Notes under the pieces: model-generated
What the model was told of the DNA's origin: nothing
The model's input: the letters and a program-made list of their open reading frames with translations, nothing else
The model's database searches: none
NCBI GenBank assembly: GCA_003858585.1
Contig: RQZE01000002.1
Coordinates: forward strand, 60,001-92,000
Length of the DNA: 32,000 nucleotides
DNA from: Erysipelotrichaceae bacterium OH741_COT-311
GTDB lineage: Bacteria; Bacillota_I; Bacilli_A; Erysipelotrichales; Erysipelotrichaceae
Direction of reading: 5' to 3'
Program-made: the position numbers and the translations under genes
Part shown: piece after piece, positions 24,472 to 32,000 of the stretch
Numbering within the stretch: position 1 is the first letter of the stretch
Layout of the letters: every line of letters starts with the position of its first letter

Positions 24472-26418
24472 ATGAAAAAGATAATTAGAAGCTTTATTTC
24501 TTTTAGCGTGGTTGTCGCAGTCTTTTTAGTGATTGCAACACCGGTAAGCGCATGTACGGGAGTAATTGTAGGTAGTGATGTAACGGAAGATGGTAGTTAT
24601 ATCTTTGGTAGAACGGAAGATTTAGAAGTAAACCATAATAAAGTTTATAAAGTACATCCGGCAAAAACATTTACAAAAGGACAAACGATTGTCGATGTAT
24701 CGTATGATCCGGATTTAGGATACTCGTATACATTCCCAAAAGATTCTTATAGTTTTACATCCATTAGTGATACTACTCCAGAGTATGGTATCTTTGATGA
24801 AGCAGGATTTAACGAGATGGGTCTTATTGCAGATATGACAGTTTCTGCAAGTGCAAATGATGAAATTTTAGCGGTGGATCCTTATCTTGATGGTTCACAA
24901 GAAAATACAAAAGTAGGTATTACAGAAGCGATTATCGCTACAGTTGTATTATCAACAGGTGAAAGCGCTCAAGATGCGATAAAATTAATTGCAAGTGAAG
25001 TAAGTCAACATGGAGCTGCTGAAGGAAATGGTTTAGTGGTTGGTGACCATAAAGAATTATGGTACATGGAAATTTATAGCGGACATCAATTTGTTGCGAT
25101 GAAATATCCAACTGATAAATTCTCAGTGTTCCCTAATACCTTCTGGATTAATGAAGTTACATTAGATGTTGGCAGTGAAGAAGAACATTACAACATTACA
25201 AGTGATGGTAATTATATTTATTCAAAAGATATTTTTAAAGTTGCAAAAGAGGCAAATAAATTAGTTGGTGATGAAGAAAAACGTGTTATTAACTTAGAGG
25301 CTACTTATGCTCCAAGTGAATTAAGTGATGGTAATATTTCAAGAGTATGTTCCGGTATTAAACATTTAAATCCGGAAGCAGATGTTACGTTTGAAACGGA
25401 AGTATTTGAATTCTTACAAACAACAAATAAAAAAATAACATTGGAAGATGTTATTGCCTTTACACAAAACCGTATGGAAAATATGGATGTTGTGGCAGAT
25501 GATTTTGCGAAAGGTATTTTATATCCAATTGGTAACCGTAATACAATGGAAGCACATATCTTTGTCGTTCCTAAGGGTGCTACAAAAGAGTATCCAGGGG
25601 TTATGTATACAGCGCTTGGTTCTCCGTTGGTTTCTCCATATGTTGCATATTATCCAAATCAAACAGATGTATTACCACAAGCTGCTAATGAAAAGAATGA
25701 ATACAATGAAGATTCTGTATATTGGGTAGCAATGGATGTATTACACATGGTTGAAGTAAACCGTGATGAGTTTATGAAAGTGGTTAATAAACATCGTGAA
25801 GCTGCTCAAGCGTTATTGATTAAAGATACGGTATTAACAAGTCAAGATGCTGCGGTTTCTACTGAAAAGAACTTAAAAGATGCTCAAATGGCATTTGATA
25901 CTTTAAAAGCAATGCAAAGTGAATTGAAGGGTTTATATGAAACATACTTAGCAAATAATGATTATAATGGTGTGTTTAAGGCTCGTCGTCGTACTGCCAA
26001 CTTTGCTGGAGCTTATGTCGTTCAACCTAAGGGTACTGCAAAGGTACATGTTAACTTAGCGATTCAACCGGAAGAAGACAAAACAACAGTTACAGTTGTT
26101 GATCCTTATGGTAATCCAATGACTACATTAGAAAATGAAGTTATGATTTATTTACCAAAAGCTGCATTTGAATCTAGTGTTACTGCAAAAACAGCTGGTG
26201 GTGATTTAGAAGTGGTAGAAGAAAATGAGTTCTATGTTCTTAAGACAAAAGACAGTAGTGTAGAATTACAAATGGCAAATGCCCCTACACCATCTTCAAC
26301 AGATAAGATGGATACACCTGCTGCTCCTGCGAATAATGCATTAGTATATGGTGGTCTTGCTGCCTTAATACTTGGTGGAGTTATCTTTGTCTTCTTAAAA
26401 TTAAAGAAAACAAAATAA
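24472..26418 (+). CDS. Secreted peptidase family C69 (dipeptidase-like Ntn hydrolase) with C-terminal transmembrane anchor
   Basis: Signal peptide ends at VSA|CTGVIVGSDVTEDGSYIFGRTED, the C69 N-terminal nucleophile Cys context. A C-terminal beta-rich region, a Pro/Thr/Ala linker, the TM helix LVYGGLAALILGGVIFVFL and KLKKTK follow. There is no LPXTG motif. Confidence 0.8.
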   Translation: MKKIIRSFISFSVVVAVFLVIATPVSACTGVIVGSDVTEDGSYIFGRTEDLEVNHNKVYKVHPAKTFTKGQTIVDVSYDPDLGYSYTFPKDSYSFTSISDTTPEYGIFDEAGFNEMGLIADMTVSASANDEILAVDPYLDGSQENTKVGITEAIIATVVLSTGESAQDAIKLIASEVSQHGAAEGNGLVVGDHKELWYMEIYSGHQFVAMKYPTDKFSVFPNTFWINEVTLDVGSEEEHYNITSDGNYIYSKDIFKVAKEANKLVGDEEKRVINLEATYAPSELSDGNISRVCSGIKHLNPEADVTFETEVFEFLQTTNKKITLEDVIAFTQNRMENMDVVADDFAKGILYPIGNRNTMEAHIFVVPKGATKEYPGVMYTALGSPLVSPYVAYYPNQTDVLPQAANEKNEYNEDSVYWVAMDVLHMVEVNRDEFMKVVNKHREAAQALLIKDTVLTSQDAAVSTEKNLKDAQMAFDTLKAMQSELKGLYETYLANNDYNGVFKARRRTANFAGAYVVQPKGTAKVHVNLAIQPEEDKTTVTVVDPYGNPMTTLENEVMIYLPKAAFESSVTAKTAGGDLEVVEENEFYVLKTKDSSVELQMANAPTPSSTDKMDTPAAPANNALVYGGLAALILGGVIFVFLKLKKTK

Positions 26419-26421
26419 GTG

Positions 26422-26452
26422 AAATAAACAGCTGAAAAGCTGTTTATTTTTT
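26422..26452 (+). terminator. Intrinsic terminator
   Basis: A 12-bp stem, aaataaacagct (26422-26433) / agctgtttattt (26438-26449), followed by a T-run. Confidence 0.8.
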
Positions 26453-26493
26453 AGTGGTTTGCGTTATAATTATGTACAATAGTTGAGGTCAAT

Positions 26494-27123
26494 ATGGAAT
26501 ATAGTGTAGTCATTGTTGCAGCAGGTAAAGGTACTAGATTAAACTTGGGATACAATAAAGTGTTCTATCGTTTTGAAGATGGAGAAACTGTTTTAGAGAA
26601 AACGTTAAGCGTATTTAAGCAAGATCAAAATTGTAAACAGATCATCGTTGTTTTAGCTCCTGAAGAGCTTACAAGTATGAAGGCGGATAAAAAGATAACG
26701 TTAGTTAGCGGTGGAGCAACACGCAGTGAATCGGTGTATCATGGATTAATGGCGGCTATGTATGAGTGTGTTTATATTCATGATGCAGCTAGACCTTATA
26801 TCACTTTGCCACTTTTAAATCGTTTGAATGAAGCGATGAAGGATTGTGATGGTTGTATTGCCGGTGTTCCTTGTGTAGATACAATAAAACAAGTAAAAAA
26901 TGGTATCGTCGTTACGTTACCAAGAGAAGAGTTGTTTCACGCTCAAACACCACAAGTATTTAAGACCAACTTTATCATTGATGCGTATCGTAAGATGTTT
27001 AAAGAAGGTTTTAGTGCAACCGATGATGCCAGTGTGGTTGAGTACGCCTTTGGTTATAGCGTAAAGAATGTATTAGGGGACTATAACAACATTAAAATAA
27101 CCAATCCGAAAGATGTAAGATAA
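26494..27123 (+). CDS. ispD: IspD/TarI-family cytidylyltransferase (2-C-methyl-D-erythritol-4-P or ribitol-5-P type)
   Basis: N-terminal VVIVAAGKGTRL and the IHDAARP motif. It is 209 aa, on the short side. No ispF or tar genes are adjacent, so substrate assignment is uncertain. Confidence 0.7.
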   Translation: MEYSVVIVAAGKGTRLNLGYNKVFYRFEDGETVLEKTLSVFKQDQNCKQIIVVLAPEELTSMKADKKITLVSGGATRSESVYHGLMAAMYECVYIHDAARPYITLPLLNRLNEAMKDCDGCIAGVPCVDTIKQVKNGIVVTLPREELFHAQTPQVFKTNFIIDAYRKMFKEGFSATDDASVVEYAFGYSVKNVLGDYNNIKITNPKDVR

Positions 27124-27129
27124 TTATCA

Positions 27130-27162
27130 AAAGACTTCTATAAAAGGATAGAGGTCTTTTTT
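27130..27162 (+). terminator. Intrinsic terminator abutting the comFA start codon
   Basis: aaagacttctat (27130-27141) / atagaggtcttt (27148-27159, one G-U pair) plus a T-run to 27162. The comFA ATG is at 27163. Confidence 0.65.
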
Positions 27163-28314
27163 ATGCAGTGTCCTAGATGTAAAAATACAGATGTAGCTTA
27201 CTTTTATAAAGGAAGTAAGGGATATTATTGTCGTAAGTGTATTAAGTTTAAACGAATCTTACTGGAAGAAGAACTAGAGGTATTCGATGTCAAAGAAATC
27301 AAAGAGGGTATCAGTGAATATACCTTACCTTTTACCTTAACACCACAACAAGAACAAGTATCCAAACAATGCAAAGAAGCCATCTTGCATCAAGATGTTC
27401 TTCTACATTGTGTTTGTGGCGCAGGAAAGACAGAGATTACATATCGTAGTATTCAACAAGCTTTGGATTTAAAACAAAAGGTAGCCTTTAGTATACCAAG
27501 AAGACAAGTAGTCCTTGAACTTGGAAAACGTCTACAATCGGTGTTTAAAGACTGTAAAGTAATTACCGTATGTATGGGACATACCGAAGAACTGGACGGT
27601 GATTTGATTGTATTGACAATGCATCAATTGTATCGTTATCCAAAGTGTTTTGATTTATTGATTGTTGATGAAGCAGATGCTTTTCCGTATAAGGGTAATG
27701 AAGTATTAAAGAACATTGCGTTAAATAGTTGTAAAGGACATATTATTTATACAACAGCGACCTTAGATGAGTACTTAAAACAAAGAGTACAAGATCAAAG
27801 TATTGCGTATCTAACCTTGCATCGACGACCTACCAATGCCTTGTTACCGGTTCCAAGGGTCATCACACTTCCTAATCTTTTTTTATGGTTCTATCTGCTT
27901 TACCGTTTAAGTCGGAATCAGCGTAAAATTATGTTGTTTGTACCTACCATAGCGATGGCAAAACGGATGTATAAGTGGCTAAAGCTTTATTTTCGTATAG
28001 ATTATATTACCAGTGAAACAGAAGATCCGCAGTCTATTTTAATGCGATTTAAACATCAACAAATCAAAGTAATCATCACAACAACTATCTTAGAGCGTGG
28101 CATTACCATCAGTGATGTCGATGTCTATGTTTTATATGCCAATCATGAAGTCTTTGATGAGGCAAGTTTAGTACAAATGGTAGGTCGTATGGGACGAGTA
28201 GCTCCATTTGTAAAGGGAGATGGAATTTTATTTTGCAATGCCTATAGTGAAGAGGTACATCGATGTATCAAGCAGTTAAGGAGGAGTAATGAAGTGTCTA
28301 TGGTGTATGAATGA
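27163..28314 (+). CDS. comFA: ComFA-type DEAD-box helicase/translocase (competence protein ComFA)
   Basis: N-terminal zinc ribbon CPRC...CRKC, motif I CGAGKTE, motif II VDEADAF, and helicase C-domain TTTILERGIT...VGRMGR. It is followed by, and overlaps, comFC. Confidence 0.85.
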   Translation: MQCPRCKNTDVAYFYKGSKGYYCRKCIKFKRILLEEELEVFDVKEIKEGISEYTLPFTLTPQQEQVSKQCKEAILHQDVLLHCVCGAGKTEITYRSIQQALDLKQKVAFSIPRRQVVLELGKRLQSVFKDCKVITVCMGHTEELDGDLIVLTMHQLYRYPKCFDLLIVDEADAFPYKGNEVLKNIALNSCKGHIIYTTATLDEYLKQRVQDQSIAYLTLHRRPTNALLPVPRVITLPNLFLWFYLLYRLSRNQRKIMLFVPTIAMAKRMYKWLKLYFRIDYITSETEDPQSILMRFKHQQIKVIITTTILERGITISDVDVYVLYANHEVFDEASLVQMVGRMGRVAPFVKGDGILFCNAYSEEVHRCIKQLRRSNEVSMVYE

Positions 28315-28900
28315 GCTAATACATGATGAAAGTTTAAGTCGTTATTTGTTAAGTGAAGATTGTTTATGTGATACTTGTCGAAGTCAATTTCAAGTAAAGC
28401 CTATCGTTATTACGATTGATAATGTTAGAGTGTATAGTCATTATGTATATGATGATTTTTTTAAACAAGTAATCTTACAGTATAAAGAGGCTTATGATGA
28501 AGCACTTTGTAGAGTTTTTGATTATCAATTAGAGTACATTAAAAAGATGTGTAAGGGATATACGATTGTTTTAGCTCCAAGTAGCTTATCCCGTTTACAA
28601 GCAAGGGGATTTCATCATGTTAAAAAGATGGTAGAGGGTTTTAAGTTACCTGTGTTAGATGTTTTGTATAAGAAAAAAGATATAACATTAGATACCAATC
28701 GCTATCAAGATCGTTTGCGGATGCAAGAGAATATTGGTGTTACGAAAGATATGAAATGTATTGATAAAATCGTGATTGTTGATGATATACTTACCAGTGG
28801 TAGTACCATTAAAGGATGTAAAAAGGCTTTAGAAAAATTTAGTAAAAATATAATTGTGTTTACATTTGCGTACAATCTTACTTGGCAAAACGAAAATTAG
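28289..28900 (+). CDS. comFC: ComFC (ComF-family phosphoribosyltransferase-fold protein)
   Basis: N-terminal CLWC...CDTC zinc finger and PRTase loop IVIVDDILTSGSTI. GGAGGAG RBS. It overlaps comFA by 26 nt. Confidence 0.85.
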   Translation: MKCLWCMNELIHDESLSRYLLSEDCLCDTCRSQFQVKPIVITIDNVRVYSHYVYDDFFKQVILQYKEAYDEALCRVFDYQLEYIKKMCKGYTIVLAPSSLSRLQARGFHHVKKMVEGFKLPVLDVLYKKKDITLDTNRYQDRLRMQENIGVTKDMKCIDKIVIVDDILTSGSTIKGCKKALEKFSKNIIVFTFAYNLTWQNEN

Positions 28901-28910
28901 GGTCTATAAT
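28882..28910 (+). promoter_or_regulatory. Sigma-A promoter for the cold-shock protein gene, inside the 3' end of comFC
   Basis: TTGGCA (28882-28887), 17-nt spacer, TATAAT (28905-28910). Confidence 0.55.
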
Positions 28911-28936
28911 TTAATTTGCAGGAGGCAATACTTAAA

Positions 28937-29134
28937 ATGCAAGGTAAAGTAAAGCGATTTAATAAAGCAAAAGGTTTTGGGTTCATTACTGCTGAAGATG
29001 GTCAAGATTTATTCTTTCATTATTCACAAATTGTGATGGAAGGGTTCAAGACTGTTGATGAAGGAGCTGCTGTTGAATTTGATGTATATCAAGGCGATCG
29101 TGGCTTACAAGCACAGAATATCAAAACATTGTAA
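28937..29134 (+). CDS. csp: Cold-shock protein (CspA family, 65 aa)
   Basis: MQGKVKRFNKAKGFGFI carries the RNP1 motif and FFHYS the RNP2 motif. ATG 28937 follows AGGAGG (28920-28925). The TTG at 28916 in the track is an unlikely extension. Confidence 0.93.
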   Translation: MQGKVKRFNKAKGFGFITAEDGQDLFFHYSQIVMEGFKTVDEGAAVEFDVYQGDRGLQAQNIKTL

Positions 29135-29141
29135 CTGCGGG

Positions 29142-29166
29142 GGTTGGCAAATTGCTAACCTTTTAC
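29142..29166 (+). terminator. Intrinsic terminator after csp
   Basis: ggttggca (29142-29149) / tgctaacc (29153-29160) plus TTTT. Confidence 0.65.
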
Positions 29167-29167
29167 T

Positions 29168-29196
29168 TTGATTAAGCGTAATAAATAATGTAAAAT
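29168..29196 (+). promoter_or_regulatory. Sigma-A promoter with extended -10 for secA-prfB
   Basis: TTGATT (29168-29173), 17-nt spacer ending in TG (TGn extended -10 element), TAAAAT (29191-29196). Confidence 0.55.
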
Positions 29197-29216
29197 GTAT
29201 ATTGGAGGATTTTATT

Positions 29217-31562
29217 GTGGCAAATTTTTTTGATAAGTTATTTAATGTAGATAAAAAAAGAGTATTAGAAATTGAAAAGAAAGTAAAGCCTACGGAAAGC
29301 TATGCAGAGAAGATGGCTAGTTTAACCGATGAAGAGTTAAAAGCGAAAACAACTGAGTTTAAACATAGATTACAAGAAAATGAAACTTTGGATGATATTA
29401 TGCCTGAGGCTTTTGCTGTTTGTAGAGAAGCGGCAAAGCGAGTGATTGGAGAATATCCATATTTTGTACAGTTAATGGGTGCTTGTGTTATGCATGGTGG
29501 TGATATTGCCGAAATGAAAACCGGTGAAGGGAAAACATTGACATCGGTAATGGCTGTATATTTAAATGCGTTAAGTGGAGAAGGTGTTCATGTTGTTACT
29601 GTCAATGAATATTTGGCAGAGCGTGACTCTAAGTGGATGGGTGAGATTCATCGTTTCTTGGGATTAACGGTTGGATTAAATAAACGCGAATTAACTCCTG
29701 CCCAAAAAAAGGCAGCATATGCGTGTGATATTACTTATACAACCAATGCTGAAGTTGGGTTTGACTATTTAAGAGATAACATGGTTACTCGTGTGGAAGA
29801 TCGTGTATTGCGTCCTTTAAATTTTGCGTTAGTAGATGAAGTCGATAGTATTTTAATTGATGAATCTCGTACACCGCTAATCATTTCAGGGGGACAAAAA
29901 CAAACAGCGAATTTATACATCAATGCCGATAAGTTCGTGAAAAGTTTAAAAGAAGATGACTATGAAATTGATATTAAAGGGAAAACCGTTCAATTAGGTG
30001 AACGTGGAGTTGCTAAAGCAGAGAAAGCATTTGGCGTTAGTAATCTATATGACTTAAAGAATACACAGTTGGTGCATCATTTAAATCAAGCGTTGAAGGC
30101 AAATTATACAATGCATAATGATGTAGAATATGTAGTGGAAAATGATGAGATTGTCATTGTTGATCAGTTTACCGGTCGTAAGATGCCAGGAAGAGCGTAT
30201 AGTGATGGATTACATCAAGCCATTGAGGCTAAGGAAGGTGTTCCAATTAAGCAGGAAACAACAACGTTAGCGACTATTACGTATCAAAACTTTTTCCGTT
30301 TGTATAAAAAGCTTGCAGGTATGACAGGGACAGCTAAGACAGAGGAAGAAGAGTTTTTAAGTATTTATAATATGCGTGTTATTGAAATTCCAACGCATCG
30401 CCCGATTGCACGTATTGATTATCCGGATGCAGTATTTGGTAGCGTGGAAGCAAAGTTTAATGCTCTTGTAAATGAAGTAAAGGAATTAAATGAAAAAGGA
30501 CAACCGGTATTAGTAGGTACCATTAGTGTTGAAACCTCAGAATATTTATCAAAGCGTTTCAAACAAGCTGGTATTAAGCATAATGTATTGAATGCAAAAA
30601 ACCATGAACGTGAAGCAGACATCATTGCGGATGCCGGTAAAAAGTATGCAGTAACCATCGCAACCAATATGGCAGGGCGTGGTACGGATATTAAGTTGCA
30701 AGAAGGTGTAAAAGAATTAGGTGGTTTAGCCGTATTGGGTAGTGAACGTCATGAATCACGTCGTATTGATAATCAGCTACGTGGACGTAGTGGTCGTCAA
30801 GGGGATGTAGGGTTTTCACGTTTCTATGTATCGGTAAAAGATGAATTGATGTTACGCTTTGGTTCTGAACGTTTCGCTGCTTTATTTGCAAGTCTTGGTG
30901 ATGTTCCGATTGAATCAAAGAGTATTACTAGAGCTATTGGTAGTGCACAAAAGCGTGTAGAAGGGGTTAACTTTGATGTACGTAAAACGTTATTGGATTA
31001 TGATGATGTGTTACGTCAACAACGTGAGGTTATTTATGCTCAACGTAACTTTATTTTAGAAAATGATGATGTGCATAGTATTGTTTATGATATGTTTAAA
31101 CGTGTTATTACCAATGTAGTCTTAAATAACTGTGTAGAAACACGTAAAGGAAAAGAAGTTGATGTGGATAGTTTACTTACTTCTTTAGATACAATGGGTT
31201 TTGTTGGTTTAACAAAACAAGATTTAATGAATCAGGAAGTAGAAGTAATTATTGATAAATGTGTTGCGACTGCTTGGAATACGTATGAAGAAAAAATTGC
31301 GCCATTTAAGGAACAAATCTTGCCAATTGAAAAGACTATGGTGTTAAAGGTGATTGATCGAGCATGGATTAATCATATTGATACGATGTCAAAATTACGT
31401 GAGGGAATTCATTTACGTGGTTATGCTCAAAATAATCCACTACAAGAATATGTTACAGAAGGCTATCAAATGTTTGAAGATATGATGGCGAGTATTTCTA
31501 GTGAAGTTGTAACTTTCTGTATGAATGTTAAAATAGAAGTAACGGAGCGTAAAAAGAAATAA
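29217..31562 (+). CDS. secA: Preprotein translocase ATPase SecA
   Basis: Canonical SecA blocks include MKTGEGKTL (Walker A), LVDEVDSILIDE (DEAD-like), TGMTGTA, ATNMAGRGTDI and RGRSGRQGD. GTG 29217 (VANFFDKLF, GGAGG RBS at 29204-29208) is preferred over TTG 29202. Confidence 0.95.
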   Translation: MANFFDKLFNVDKKRVLEIEKKVKPTESYAEKMASLTDEELKAKTTEFKHRLQENETLDDIMPEAFAVCREAAKRVIGEYPYFVQLMGACVMHGGDIAEMKTGEGKTLTSVMAVYLNALSGEGVHVVTVNEYLAERDSKWMGEIHRFLGLTVGLNKRELTPAQKKAAYACDITYTTNAEVGFDYLRDNMVTRVEDRVLRPLNFALVDEVDSILIDESRTPLIISGGQKQTANLYINADKFVKSLKEDDYEIDIKGKTVQLGERGVAKAEKAFGVSNLYDLKNTQLVHHLNQALKANYTMHNDVEYVVENDEIVIVDQFTGRKMPGRAYSDGLHQAIEAKEGVPIKQETTTLATITYQNFFRLYKKLAGMTGTAKTEEEEFLSIYNMRVIEIPTHRPIARIDYPDAVFGSVEAKFNALVNEVKELNEKGQPVLVGTISVETSEYLSKRFKQAGIKHNVLNAKNHEREADIIADAGKKYAVTIATNMAGRGTDIKLQEGVKELGGLAVLGSERHESRRIDNQLRGRSGRQGDVGFSRFYVSVKDELMLRFGSERFAALFASLGDVPIESKSITRAIGSAQKRVEGVNFDVRKTLLDYDDVLRQQREVIYAQRNFILENDDVHSIVYDMFKRVITNVVLNNCVETRKGKEVDVDSLLTSLDTMGFVGLTKQDLMNQEVEVIIDKCVATAWNTYEEKIAPFKEQILPIEKTMVLKVIDRAWINHIDTMSKLREGIHLRGYAQNNPLQEYVTEGYQMFEDMMASISSEVVTFCMNVKIEVTERKKK

Positions 31563-32000
31563 TGGAACTATTTGAAATAAAACAAAGCCTAGAAGTTTTT
31601 CAAACAAAACTGCAAGTACTAGGCAATTCTCTTTGACTTGGAAGGGAAAGAAAAACAAATTCAAAAAAATGAAGAAACAATGAGTCATCCTGGTTTTTGG
31701 GATGACCCTAAGGCTGCACAAAAGCTAATCAAAGAACATAATTATCAAAAGGATGTTGTAAAGCAATATCGTTATTTACAAGAACAAGTGAATTTTCTTT
31801 TTCAATCAATGAACGAATTAAAAGATCATTATGACGAAGAGTTGAATGAATTAATTCAACTTGAGTTTGAAACGCTATGCAAGGAGTTTGAAGCGTTTGA
31901 AGTGAATGTATTACTTTCTCATCCGTATGATACAAATAATGCCATTATTGAGCTTCATCCCGGTGCTGGAGGTACAGAGTCTCAAGATTGGGCACAGATG
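31562..32000 (+). CDS. prfB: Peptide chain release factor 2, N-terminal part, requiring a +1 programmed ribosomal frameshift; runs off the window end
   Basis: Frame 0 reads ATG 31562 MELFEIKQSLEVFQTKLQVLGNSL, then TGA at 31634-31636. The +1 frame from 31635 reads DLEGKEKQIQKNEETMSHPGFWDDPKAAQKL...IIELHPGAGGTESQDWAQM, the RF2 hallmark. It is not in the ORF track because of the frameshift. Confidence 0.92.
31631..31637 (+). other. prfB: prfB +1 frameshift site CTT TGA C
   Basis: Exact canonical heptamer CUU UGA C, with an in-frame TGA followed by C. The downstream +1 frame is RF2. Confidence 0.9.

Noticed and set aside
31440-31935. Two minus-strand track ORFs (31440-31721 and 31729-31935) that occupy the space where no + strand ORF was listed
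   Set aside because: They are antisense shadows of the secA 3' end and of prfB. The + strand encodes an unmistakable RF2 once the +1 frameshift at 31631-31637 is applied.

Overview
Low-GC Bacillota-type core chromosome: TGA is used as a stop, and the comFA-comFC-csp-secA-prfB order resembles Bacillus. It carries about 32 protein genes, two tRNAs and many clear intrinsic terminators. Left to right: partial rodA/ftsW-like gene (-); a degenerate PTS EIICB-like permease; a YitT + Cof-HAD operon (-); flavodoxin; a small lipoprotein; an ABC ATPase with a large permease; a membrane protein with a YiiX/C92-like C-terminal domain (-); a very AT-rich orphan 4-TM ORF; a 445-bp ORF-less gap with its own terminator; stand-alone tRNA-Ile(GAU) and tRNA-Ala(UGC) (-); a phnD-C-E-E-type ABC importer translationally coupled to a leaderless 5'-nucleotidase-family enzyme; an AraC regulator (-) divergent from a sugar ABC importer plus GH112 galacto-N-biose/lacto-N-biose phosphorylase; a PucR-like regulator; an MsmK-type ATPase; a secreted, C-terminally anchored C69 peptidase; an IspD-like cytidylyltransferase; ComFA/ComFC; a cold-shock protein; SecA; and prfB with its +1 programmed frameshift, which the ORF track misses. 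I found no CRISPR array, rRNA, transposase, integrase or recognisable defence system. The items most worth follow-up are the phn-type importer with a cytoplasmic 5'-nucleotidase and no C-P cleavage genes, the PTS EIICB homologue lacking both the EIIB Cys and the first Glu of GITEP, and the AT-rich orphan ORF plus ORF-less gap beside the tRNAs. All functional calls rest on motif recognition by eye, because no searches were run.
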